This document shows positions 50,930-64,000 of a stretch of DNA of 64,000 nt, piece after piece. The stretch's first letter is position 1. The number at the start of each line of letters is the position of its first letter. The notes under the pieces are model-generated. The model had not been told where the DNA came from. It worked only from the letters and a program-made list of their open reading frames with translations, and ran no database searches. The stretch comes from Octopus vulgaris (Eukaryota), in NCBI GenBank assembly GCA_951406725.2, contig OX597820.1, positions 31,558,001 through 31,622,000 of the forward strand, read 5' to 3'. The position numbers and the translations under genes are program-made.

Positions 50930-52545
50930 ATAGGAAAAGGAAAGATCCAAAGAAGGGAAGACGGAGGAAAAAAATCGCCAACGATACACATGCGGTCACA
51001 TTTTGAATAAAATTAAAATTTAAAAATTAGGGTGAAAAATTGAATATTAATTTGATTAATATCAATTTAAAACCGATGGTCTAGCATATTAAAATCTGAA
51101 GCTTCAGAAAATTATATTACATACATATAAGAGGGATGACCACTAAGTGGACAACCGATATGTTAGAAGTAGATCCGCTATGGTCTTAGCACTGAGAAAT
51201 GTTCTCAAGAGAACTTTTCTTAGTGGTAAGACCATAGCGGATCTACTTCTAGCATAAGGGTTGTCCACGTTGTGGTCATCCCCTCTTATATGTATGTATA
51301 TATATATATATAAAGTAAACAAACAAACGAAGTTTGCTTTAGAAGCGTTGAGATGTCTTAGAAAGTTAAAGAAGTGATTTTAAGTTCTCAAACGCAGGAT
51401 AATGGTAATAATATAGTCTGAACAGGATAAGTTACCCCTATTTTTGCAGAAAAAAGTGTTGGCGGCCGGCTATGAGACTATTATATACGTACATACATAC
51501 GTATATAATACAATAATACATACATATATACATACATACATACATACATATACACACACACATATATATATGTGTATATGTTTGTGTGTGTTGTGCGGTT
51601 GTGTGGTAATAAGCTTGCTTCCCAACCACATGGTTCCGGGTCCTGTCCCACTGTATGGCACCTTGGCCAAGTGTCTTCAGCTATAGTCTCGGACTGACCA
51701 AAACCTTGCGAGTAGTTTTGGTAGACAGAAACTGAAAGAATCCCGTCGTATATATGTTTGTCTTTGTGTCTGTAATTTTCTCGCCCCCACCGTTTAACAA
51801 CCAGCACTGGTGTGTTCACGTCCCTATAACTTAGCGGTTCGGTAAAAAACATCGACAAAATAAGTACCAGGCTTTAAATTCTTCAAAGTAGCTCACTCCC
51901 TCTATCAAATCGACGTTGTCTGAACAGGTGCACGGTGTTACCACCACGCATCAGGTGTCGAAGTGATCGCGGAGCTATGTGAGATGAAGTGCTTTGCTCA
52001 ACAACACAACGCGTCACCCACAGGTCTAGGAATTGAAACCACGATCTCTCGATGGCGAGTGCAATACCTATTTCTTTATTACCCACAAGGGGCTAAACAT
52101 AGAAGGGACAAACAAGGACAGACATAGGTATTAAGTTGATTACATCGACCCCAGTGCGTAACTGGTACTTAATTAAAATCGCCTTACATTTTAAAATCAT
52201 AAAATGATCCATAATTGAGGTCCACTGCTCTTACACCTGGGACGGTGTTACTTTCTTATTTTATTTCTTTTATTACCCACTAGGGGCTAAACATAGAGGG
52301 GACAAACAAGGACAGACATAGGTATTAAGTTGATTACATCGACCCCAGTGCGTAACTGGTACTTAATTTATCGACCCCGAAAGGATGAAAGGCAAAGTCG
52401 ACCTCGGCGGAATTTGAACCCAGAACTTAAGCGCCAGACGAAATACTGCTAAGAATTTCGCCCGGCGTGCTAACGATTCTACCAGCAGCTCGCCGCCTTA
52501 TGGCGAGTGCAATACCGTAGCCACTAGGCCATGCATATATATATA

Positions 52546-52652
<107 letters not shown>

Positions 52653-53479
52653 TGTATATATAACTCACGCATACGCACAAACAAAAGTGAGCTAAGAGAA
52701 ATAAAGCGAAGTGCCCAATGGCATGTATTTGAATAACATAGACAAATACAGGTATGTCAAATACCATACAACAAACCTCCTTGACTTATCAAAATTACTT
52801 CCGCCTGTAGAGGAATGTGTCATAAATACCAAATGACAATTATGATCGGTACCACTTGAGAAGGGAGAAATAATCTCAAGATTCAATAAATTCTCCAAAA
52901 TTGGCATATCATAGAGGTAAAAGATAGAATTATTGTATCGAGATAAAAGTTCAGTGGTGGGAACGTGTTTCGCCTTCACTAACCATCATCAGCACAATAC
53001 TTGATTAGCCTTATCTCTAGTAGCTAAAGGATTTAGACTTAAGCCTGTGCAATATGAGGGGCTGAATACAAAATAACCGGGACGTACAAAAAAAGAAAAA
53101 AAAAAAAGAAAGAAAGAATTTGAAGCGAGCGTATTCATTTTATATGGCACTCGGCCGCTTACGACATCGAGAGCTCCAGGTGACCCAATCAACGGACCAG
53201 CCAGCTCGTGAAATTAACATGCAAGTGGCTGAGCACTCCACAAACACGTGTACCCTTAACGTAATTCCCAAGGGGATTCAGCTTGACACAGAATGTGACA
53301 AGGCAGGCCCCTTTGAAATACAGGTACTACATATCTTTGCCAGCTGATGGGCTGGAGCAACGTATAATAAAGTATCTTGCTCAATGATACAATTTGCGCC
53401 GGGAAACGAACTCGCGACCTTACGATCGTGAGAGAATACCCCCATAACCACTACCCCCCCGCGCCTTCACAATATTTTT

Positions 53480-53601
<122 letters not shown>

Positions 53602-53703
53602 GGAGTAAACACATAAATGTGAAACAAGGTGGAAAAAAGAGTACTCAAATACCAGTGGTAGAGTAATATGCTTTATTTTAAGCAGCAGAAAATTCAACAA
53701 AAT

Positions 53704-53741
53704 CTGTTACTCTGAGTTTCTCGTTGCCGTTCATCAGACAG
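53704..53741 (-). ncRNA. Minimal hammerhead motif, copy 1 of a tandem pair
   Basis: Minus strand: CUGU CUGAUGA A CG GCAA CG A GAAAC UC A GA GUA ACAG; stem I CUGU/ACAG, stem III ACUC/GAGU, GNRA-capped short stem II. Confidence 0.75.
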
Positions 53742-53818
53742 TTATTGCTAGAATGATGAACGGCAACGAGAAACTCAGAGTAACAGATTTTGTTGAATTT
53801 TCTGCTGCTTAAAATAAA

Positions 53819-53963
<145 letters not shown>

Positions 53964-54162
53964 GGTCCCGGGTTGAGTCGGGGTTAACCACAGTAAATAA
54001 GGTACTCAATACATAGCAGAGTAAAGTAATTTATTTTATAGAAGGAGCTTCTACAGGACTAGAACTGTTTCATTCAGATGAAATCTTCAGGAAGCTTCCT
54101 GAAGATTTCATCTGAATGAAACAGTTCTTGTCCTGTAGAAGCTCCTTCTATAAAATAAATAA

Positions 54163-54227
<65 letters not shown>

Positions 54228-54330
54228 GGAGTAAACACATAAATGTGAAACAAGATGGAAAAAAAGAGTACTCAAATACCAGTGGTAGAGTAATATGCTT
54301 TATTTAAAGCAGCAGAAAATTCAACAAAAT

Positions 54331-54368
54331 CTGTTACTCTGAGTTTCTCGTTGCCGTTCATCAGACAG
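54331..54368 (-). ncRNA. Minimal hammerhead motif, copy 2 (identical, 627 bp away)
   Basis: Same sequence as 53704-53741, within a duplicated unit (about 53598-53743 and 54224-54370). Confidence 0.75.
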
Positions 54369-55167
54369 TTTATATATATTACTGAAGTATTTCATATTTC
54401 TTTATTGCCCACAAGAAGCTAAACATAAAGGGGACAAACAAGGACAAAGGGATTAGTCGATTACATCGACCCCAGTGCGCAACTGGTACTTATTTAATCG
54501 ACCCCGAAAGGATGAAAAGCTAAGTCGACCTCGGCAAAATTTGAACTCAGAACGTAGCGGCAGACGAAATACCTATTTCTTTACTACCCACAAGGGGCTA
54601 AACACAGAGAGGACAAACAAGGACAGACAAACGGATTAAGTCGATTATATCGACCCCAGTGCGTAACTGGTACTTATTTAATCGACCCTGAATGGATGAA
54701 AGGCAAAGTTGACCTCGGCGGAATTTGAACTCAGAACGTAGCGGCAGACGATATACCGCTAAGAATTTCGCCCGGTGTGCTAACAATTCTGAAGTATTCC
54801 AGTCTTGAAAATGCATGGAAAATACCGTCCAATTGTTGTCCCAGGAAAGACATTCAGTGAGAAACTGGCGAAGTATTGAAGTAATTTATAATTTATGTTG
54901 TTAACTAGGCTCAAAATTTAATTCACAAGGTATATTTTAATGAATGTAATTAATACTCTAAAGTTAATTAGAAATTTGATGAGAGCTATGAACCAAAACA
55001 GAGGAACGAAGTGAGTGCGTTTATTTACAACCCAAAATAATTCAAACTTATTAAAGTCGGAAATAACTAAGCGTGTATGTATGTGTGTATCTGCATATAT
55101 CTTCTGTTTCAGCTATTTATTACCCCACCCATATTATAAATATGTTTTTAATCATACTAATAACATA

Positions 55168-55225
<58 letters not shown>

Positions 55226-55302
55226 GCACAGGGTAGTTATATATGCACGCATGTACATATGCACATATGTATGCAAGCATGTAGATATATATACATACAT
55301 AC

Positions 55303-55339
<37 letters not shown>

Positions 55340-55361
55340 TGTACATATATATATATGTATA

Positions 55362-55411
<50 letters not shown>

Positions 55412-55419
55412 TATATATA

Positions 55420-55572
<153 letters not shown>

Positions 55573-55804
55573 ATGCATGTATCGTAAACTTTCATGTACA
55601 TAATCACACAATGAAGCATCAGAAATTCCAGTTTGTAAACAGTTCGTTCACCCCGGGTGGATGAAAGTGTGTTCAAGGTTTTTTTTTGTAATTATTCTCT
55701 CAATAAGAAGAGGAAGATGGTTGCGAAAGAGACACCCACCCACATACATGACCTCTCCCGACACACACACAGATGCACCCACACACACACAGATGCACCC
55801 ACAC

Positions 55805-55849
<45 letters not shown>

Positions 55850-56402
55850 AGGGGGAATAGATGGGGGTTAGGTGGGGTGTTTGTAGTGTTGAGTTATTGA
55901 GAAAGTTGTGAATAGAAGTCGTGTCGTAACGACGAAAAGGAGGCGGTGGAGTAACCACTGGGGCATAAGAATGAGTGGTGGTGGTGGTGGTGGCGGCGGT
56001 GATGGTTGTGACGGTGCTGATGGCGGACGTGGTGTTGATGTCGGTGTTGATGGCGGCGGCGGCGGCGGCGGCGGTGGTGGTGTATTTGACGGCGGTGGTG
56101 GGGGTGTAGTTGGCGGCGGAGATGATAGCAGTGATGGTACTGATGGCGTGTGTGTGGTGCTGATGACGACGGCGACGGTGACGGCGGCGGTGACGACGGT
56201 GGTGAAAGTGATGAAGGTGGCGGCGGCGGTGACGGTACTGATTGGTGCAGATGGCGGTGTCGACGACCGGTGACGGTGGCGGTGGTGGTGGTGGAGGTCT
56301 ATGTGATGGTGGTAATCATGGTAATGGTGGTGGTACAACAGTGTAGAAAATGGTAGCTGTTAAGTTTATCATTGCTGGTGTTGTTTTGTACGGTTGTCGT
56401 AC

Positions 56403-56433
<31 letters not shown>

Positions 56434-56624
56434 TTGGTTATTGCTGTTGTTATTTAGCACTGGGGCCACTCTGAACGAACAGACCTATTATCAACTGAAT
56501 TCCAGCCAGGACCATCTAATCCTAAAGTTCCCAACGTGGGGCGCCTTACATTTTAAAATCATAAAATGATCCTTAATTGAGGTCCACTGCTCTTACACCT
56601 GGGACGGTGTTACTTTCTTATTTT

Positions 56625-56856
56625 ATTTCTTTTATTACCCACAAGGGGCTAAAAACAGAGGGGACAAACAAGGACAGACATAGGTATTAAGTCGATTTCA
56701 TCGACCCCAGTGCGTAACTGGTACTTAATTTATCGACCCCGAAAGGATGAAAGGCAAAGTCGACCTCGGCAGAATTTGAACTCACAACGTAACGCAGACG
56801 AAATACCGCTAAGCATTTCGCCCGGTGTGCTAATGTTTCTGCCTGCTCGCCGCCTT
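56625..56856 (-). mobile_element. SINE family B (head ggcgagctggcagaaacgttagc; gcctttcatcctttcggggtcgataaa..aagtacc core)
   Basis: Other copies: 22497-22675 -, 23590-24003 - (x2), 29523-29738 +, 38270-38495 -, 40447-40625 +, 45766-46215 + (x2), 47460-47670 +, 52070-52500 -, 54395-54790 - (x2), 57540-58120 - (x3). Confidence 0.88.
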
Positions 56857-58508
56857 TGGGACGATGTTGCTACTCTTACAGACATCCATGCCAATCCAAA
56901 GAAAGGCCATTCAACTAAGTAGCATTTAATCCCTCACGGATGCGTCTCAGTCTTTGATTCCACGGACATGCATACTATGTTCTTTTTAGATTTTGATAGA
57001 TTTTGATAGGCGTAGGAGTGGTTGTGTGGTAAGTAGCTTGCCTACCAACCACATTGTTCCGGGTTCCGTCCCACTGCGTGGCACCTTGGGCAAGTGTCTT
57101 CTATTATAGCCTCGGGCTGACCAAAGCCTTGTGTGTGGATTTGGTAGACGGAAACTGAAAGAAGCCCGTCGTATATATGTATATATATGTATGTGTTTGT
57201 CCCCCCAACATCGCTTGACAACCGATGCTAGTTTGTTTACGACCCCGTAACTTAGCTGTTCGGGAAAAGAGTCCGATAGAGTAAGTACTAGGCGTACAAA
57301 GAATAAGTCCTGGGGTCGATTTGCTCAACTAAAGGCGGTGCTCCAGCATGGCCACAGTCAAATAACTGAAACAAGTAAAAGAGTAAAAGAGAAGGTTAGC
57401 AGTTTTCAAAACATAACGATATCGACCCTAGTACTTTGTTTTATCGACCCCGAAAGGACGAAAGACAATGTTAACCGAACTCAACGTAAAGTTCTTTTGT
57501 GTGGTGGGGTAGCCCTCAACCTTCTCTTAAACGTAATGATAATCCTTTCTACTCAAGGCCTGAAATTTTGAGATTACATTGATCTCGGTGCTTAATTAGA
57601 ATTTATTTTATCGACCCCGAAAGGATGAAAGGAAGGTTCGACCTCGGCGGAATTTGAGTTCAGAACGTAAGGAGCGGCGGAATGTCGCTAAGTATTTTGT
57701 CTGGAGTACTAACGATTCTGCCAGCTCACCGCCAGTTGGTTGGAAATTTTGGCACAAGGCTAGTAGTTTTTGAAGGGCGGGGGAAGTCAATTACATCGAC
57801 CCCAATTTTTGACTGGTTTTTATTTTATCGACCCCGAAAGGATGAAAGGCAAAGTAGACCTCGGCAGGATTTGAACTCAGAACGTAAGGACGGGCTAAAT
57901 GCCGCTAAGTGTTTTTCCCCGGTGTGCTATCGATTCTGCCAGCTCGCCTCCTTAAATAATAATAAAAATATTTTCTAATATAAACACAAGACCTGAAATT
58001 TTGGGGAAGTGGTCTAGTCGATTACATCGACCCCAGTGCTCAACTAGTACTTATTTTATTGACCCCGAAAGGATGAAAGGCAAAGTTGGTCTCAGAGGAA
58101 TTTGAACTCAGAACGCAAAACAAGAAGAATGTCCAGTGCTGTAAGGATTCTTTCAGTTCGGTCTCTGTTCTTCGGAGCTCCAAGCATTTCGGACTTACTC
58201 GTCTTTTCATCTTTCGTCGTCTTTATTAAATTCAACACTTTTCTGGGGCCTTTACTACCCCGCTCGCTATGTTCAACCCTTCCTTCTCTGAACATCGGCC
58301 CTTTGCAATTTTCCCACTCCCTGCTCATGTGTTTCTTGCAGGAACTGACCTGCAATAGCTTAAACGAAATATGAACGCCATCAAAAACTCATCGATTTTG
58401 GAAAGCCTGCAAAGATCATGGATCTGTCACGCCCTCCAGAAAACAGTAAGCATGCGGATTACTGCACGCTGATTGGTTAAAATAGTGTTCACAAGGACAT
58501 AGTGAGGA

Positions 58509-59020
58509 TCAGATAATATAAATGTGGAATAATAGAGTTCTTGTTGTGTTAGTAAGGCTAATTTGTTGCTGACGTATTCGCATGCGTTCCGTTAATGAGT
58601 TTCCTGTCTGGCCAATGTATACTTCTTTACAATTCGGGGTTTTAACACCACGGATCAGATTTCTGCTTTTACAATTCATATTTGCTTTTGGAAATACTCT
58701 TAGAGTTCTTAGTGTGTTAGTAAGGCTAATTTGTTGCTGACGTACTCGCATGCGTTCCGTTAATGAGTTTCCTGTCTGGCCAATATATACTTCTTTACAA
58801 TTCGGGGTTTTAACACTACGGATCAGATTTCTGCTTTCACAATTCATATTTGCTTTCGGAAATACTCTTCGTCCAGTTTCTGAATTGATATACTGACCAA
58901 CGCGTCTGAATTGACATGTACCACAGTGATTGCCATTCCATTTGGATACTATGAATGTTTTATCAACGTTGTTCATTAGGTCACGCTTCGCCTTTGTCAA
59001 CAATTGCTTCAAGATTTATT
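58509..59020 (-). mobile_element. Penelope-like GIY-YIG endonuclease relic with a 168-bp in-frame tandem duplication
   Basis: KQLLTKAK, CGTC, NCESRNLI..VKTPNCKEVYIGQTGNSLTERMR; units 58533-58700 and 58701-58868. Confidence 0.8.
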
Positions 59021-59345
59021 ATTGTCTTTTACTTTGAACAAGTGTACGATCTTCTAGTCTGTTATGTTGTCTGGCGATGGGGAAGTTTGACTTGGCAATG
59101 CTAAAAATATTTTTTATGACACTCGTTTGAGTCACAACAAAATGTCCGACATAAGTCTGTAATTCTTTCAGTCTCTGTTTGTCTCTCTGTCTCTCAGTTC
59201 TTCTCTCACTCTGTCTCTGTCTCTTTCTCCGGCTCTGTCTGCCTTTGTCTGATTATGTTTGTCTATCTGTCTATCGCTCTCTCTCTCTGTCTTTCTGACT
59301 CACTGTTTCTCTGCCTCTCTATCTTTCTCAATCTCTGTTTTCGTT

Positions 59346-59376
<31 letters not shown>

Positions 59377-60879
59377 TTCGTTTCTTTCTGTCTTTGTCTT
59401 CGTCACACTCCCTCCATCTCTGTTTCTTTCTCTGCCTGCCTGCCTGCCTCTGCCTCTGTCTGTCTGTCTCCCCGTCCATCTACCTCTCTCTCAATGTCTG
59501 TCTGTCTGTCCGTCTGTCTGTCCGCCTGTCTGTCTGCCTGTCTCTGTCTGTCTGTCGCTCACTCTCTCACCCCCGTCTCTCTCTCTCTCTCTCAGTAATC
59601 CATTTTGGTTCATCAACGCTTCAGTCACTACCACCATCACCATCTCCACCATCTTCACTACATCCACTGACACTACTAAGACCACCACTATCACCACCAT
59701 CTCCACCACATAAACCGCCACTATCACCCCCCCCCACCACCACTACCACCACCGCCACCACTACCACCACCATCACAACTGCTACCACCACCACCACCAC
59801 CACCACCACCACCACCACCACCACCACCACCACCACCACCACCACCACTACTATTACCACAACCAACACTACCACCACCGCCAACACCGCCACCACCATC
59901 TCCACCACATAAACCGCCACCATCACCACCACCATCATCACCACCACCACCGCCGCCGCCGCCATCACCACCATTGTTGCCAAATTTAGCAAAAGAAAAA
60001 TGGGAAGTGAATTCCCGAGGAATGGTGTCCGTCAACAAAGGGATTTGTGAGGGGTGGGAGAGGAAGTACTGTAGTGGTGGTGGTGTTGGTGGTGGTGATC
60101 GTGGCATCGGTGGTTGTATGGCAGTAGCGGTACTGGTGTTGGTGGTGCTATTAATTGTGTCATATTGTGGAGGTGTAGTTATGTGGATATATTTGATGAT
60201 GGCGGTGGTGGTGTTTAGCCGCAGGTCAAACTAGAAGGAGCTGACTATTACCAAAGGCACTCGAGTCGTGACCATCCCATCGTATGTCTTCGTGCAGGGT
60301 GTCCGGTACTACACTACATAAGTGTCCTTTTTCTAATGCTATAGGATGTAACTTGAAGGAGGTTTCTTTGCTATTTCAGACTAGTTGCTGGCAATGGTAG
60401 CGGCGAGATGGTGGAGCAGGCGTGGCTGTGTGGTAAGAGACTTGTCTCCCAACCGGATGGTTCCGTGTTCAGTCCCACTGCGTGACACCTTGGGCAAATG
60501 TTTTTTTACTATAGCCTCGGGCTGACCAAAGCCTACCAAAGTGGATTTGGTAGGCGGAAACTGAAAGAATCCCGTCGTATATATACATTTGTGTATATGT
60601 GTGTGTGTGTGTGACTCTGTGTGCGTGTGTGTGCGTGCGTGTGAGTCTTTGTGCTTGTCCCCCATCACCGCTTCACAATCGGTGTTGGTGTGCTTACGTC
60701 CCCATAACTCAGCGGTTCGGCAAAAGAGTCGATAAAATAAGTACTAGGCTTAAAGAAAATAAGTCATAGGGTCAATTTGTTAGGCTAAAACCCTTCAAGG
60801 TGGTGCCCCAGAATGGCCGCAGTCAAATGACTAAAACCAGTAACAAGAACAAAAAAGAAAACAAATACCAGTTATATCA

Positions 60880-60917
<38 letters not shown>

Positions 60918-61129
60918 CATATACTTTTATTCTTTTATTTGTTTCAGTCATTTGACTGCGGCCAAGCTGGAGCACCGCCTTTAATCGAACAAATCGACCC
61001 CCAGCACTTATTCTTTGTAAGCCTAGTACTTATTCTATCGGTCTCTTTTTGCCGAACTGCTACATTACGGCGACGTAAACACAACAACATCGGTCGTCAA
61101 GCGATGATGGGGAGACAAACACGAGCACA

Positions 61130-61239
<110 letters not shown>

Positions 61240-61438
61240 AATAAATATATATATATATATATATACGCCGGGCTTCTTTCAGTTTTTTTTCTACCAAATT
61301 CACTCACAAGGCTTTGGTCGGCCCGAGGCTATAGTAGAAGACACTTGCCCAAGGTGCCACGCAGTGGGACTGAACCCGGAACCATGTGGCTGGTAAGCAA
61401 GCTACTTACCACACAGCCATGCCTGCGCTTATATACAT

Positions 61439-61495
<57 letters not shown>

Positions 61496-62519
61496 CACAC
61501 GTGTGTGTGAATTAATATTTTCAATTACCACACACACAAAACACACACACACATACAAACGCAAAATACCTTCGTGACCACAAAAAGAAAGATCGGCCAA
61601 ACTTGTTTCCATATTGTGATAGGAATTCACCAGGGACCGAATATACCTCTTCAACTGTTCACAGAAACACTGGGTATAAAATTCAGTATTATTAAGATCT
61701 TAAGTACTTTGGCGAGATGAATTTGCATAAATAACGCATTCTTTTGGCGGCCATTTAATTCGTTTGATAAATTATTGAAGCGTTAAGTGTTTTCAAAATA
61801 ACCGTGGGATTTTCACGAATACTGCTAGTGTATATATAAATGTAAATGTGGAGATATAAAAGGGAGGCAAAAATATTGTTTGTTTATCCAGTAAAGCGTT
61901 TATAAAAGTCACTTTGATAGCTGAAGTTGTTGAGAGACGGTTTGGCCCTATTTACTGGCTCTCAATTCCTTTTCATATTTCGTGGTGTACCTAAGATCAA
62001 ACAAAAATTTGCTGGTGCTCTTCGCATGGAAAGGTAATAAAAAGAAAATTTATGTTTTTAGGTATAAAATTTCGGAAGAAAGATATAGGTACCCACTGCT
62101 TACCTTGTGTTATTCACACATGCTTGTGAATAACAACAATATTATTTTCAAACTTTTGACACGTGGTCAGCAGTTTCGGTGAAATGGGATGTGTCGATTA
62201 CAAGTGTTCAACTAGTTCATCGACCCCGAAAGGATGCAAGGTAAAGTTGACCCGGTGGTATTTGAACGTGTATAACAACGATATTGTAAATAACACGCAG
62301 GCGACGAAGAGGCAGAATCGTCAAGTTCAAATTCTTTTCAACTGTCTACAAACACAGCCAGGCTGAAATAATTAGTGCATTCTTCCAGGAGTGAATAAAA
62401 AATTCTCAAACTTGAGCGGATGGGTCCCTTAGATACTAACATGGGCCCCCATATATGGATTCTAAAGGCGCAGGGGCCCACTTGCCATCGGGCAAACTGG
62501 CAAGCTAGCCAGTCCGCCA

Positions 62520-62628
<109 letters not shown>

Positions 62629-63019
62629 CATGTACATATATCATATATGACATATACGTATATATATAGTTACATAACGCGCGCGTGTGTGAGTGTGGGT
62701 ATGTATGTGTTTAGAATAAAAAGCAGAAAAGTATAAATTTCAAAGATAAATCATAATTTAATTACATACAAAAACTGTTTCCTTGCGAATAAACATTAGT
62801 AATTCTATAATTACGTAATTAAGATACATAATTTAATTATAATAAATTAGTTCAAATATAATTCATTGAAAGCAACGTTTATCTCAAATCAAGAAGAGTG
62901 ATGTTTTAGCCGATTATGTGATTACATGCAAGCTTCATCCACTGGATTTACCGCAGTGTTGTAATGCGTTGCAGTTTAAAAACCTGTTATTAATTGAGTT
63001 CTTAATTACTCTGGACATA

Positions 63020-63077
<58 letters not shown>

Positions 63078-63234
63078 TATTTAGGAGACAAGCACCAATG
63101 CTCTATGTGACAGGGTTGATAATTGCTAAGTGATATCTCTCAACTATGAAACCAATGGTAGCCTGATTAACTTACAAAGAATATTTATCTACCAATGTGG
63201 CACTGAACACTCATTCTCACTATTCAAGATAAGC

Positions 63235-63278
<44 letters not shown>

Positions 63279-63446
63279 TTGACTGCGGCCATGCTGGAGC
63301 ACCACCTTTTAGTCGAGCAAATCGACCCCAGGACTTATTCTTTGTAAGCCTAGTACTTATTCTATCGGTCTCTTTTGCCGAACCGCTAAGTTAAGGGGAC
63401 GTAAACACACCAGCATCAAGCGATGTTAGGGGGACAAACACAGACG

Positions 63447-63478
<32 letters not shown>

Positions 63479-64000
63479 CAACGGGCTTCTTTCAGTTTCC
63501 GTCTACCAAAATCCACTCACAAGGCTTTGGTCAACCCGAGGCTATAGTAGAAGATACTTGCCCAAGGTGCCATGCAGTGGGACTGAACCTGGAACCATGT
63601 CGTTGGTAAGCAAGCTACTTACCACACAGCCACTCCTGCGCCTGTGAATAACAACAATATTATTTTATATCTTCATAAGCTCGTCTTCCTAAGCGTTCAG
63701 AATAATTTTTCCATCGTCTTGGCTTAACAGCCCTCACTGTTTGTTTTTATTGGTTTGTTCTCATTGTTCTGTCTTTTACTGTTTTTACTTTTTTATTGTC
63801 TTTACTGTCTTGTTCTCACTGTCCTGTTCTGTTACCACTTTCCCCCTCCGCAAAAAATCCCAAATTTTATTTAATTTGCTTTGCGGGAAGGACTGTTTCA
63901 ACGGAGTCGCGTCTTGGCCTTGCCCTCGCGACGTGGAGTAGTTGAAACAGGGACAACCGAGGAAGGGGAACATTCCTTGTGTTGTATGTCTCGTTTCTCT

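Overview
AT-rich, microsatellite- and repeat-dense animal genomic DNA. The SINE repertoire and gene architecture suggest a coleoid cephalopod such as Octopus (inference). One protein-coding gene can be reconstructed: EXOSC9/RRP45, an RNA exosome core subunit with an RNase PH-like fold, on the + strand. It has 13 coding exons from 9256 to the stop codon at 47821 (about 421 aa) and a poly(A) signal at 47931. The first coding exon was not found and is probably upstream of the window. One intron (37731 to about 39038) has minor-spliceosome (U12) signals and a triple in-frame acceptor before a micro-exon. The rest is at least five SINE-like families, DNA-transposon MITEs and relics (mariner, hAT, piggyBac-like, Helitron-like), non-LTR relics, Penelope-like (PLE) RT and GIY-YIG relics, and mini- and microsatellites. 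The main unexplained signal is a set of several unrelated, short, non-coding, mostly fold-back elements, usually in (TA)n or (AAT)n tracts. Many carry minimal type-I hammerhead ribozyme motifs: one is fused to a tRNA-like Pol III head, one has a swapped G3-C8 core pair, and one is present as a tandem pair. Almost all ORFs in the supplied track are microsatellite or repeat artefacts. All calls were made by eye; repeat boundaries are approximate.
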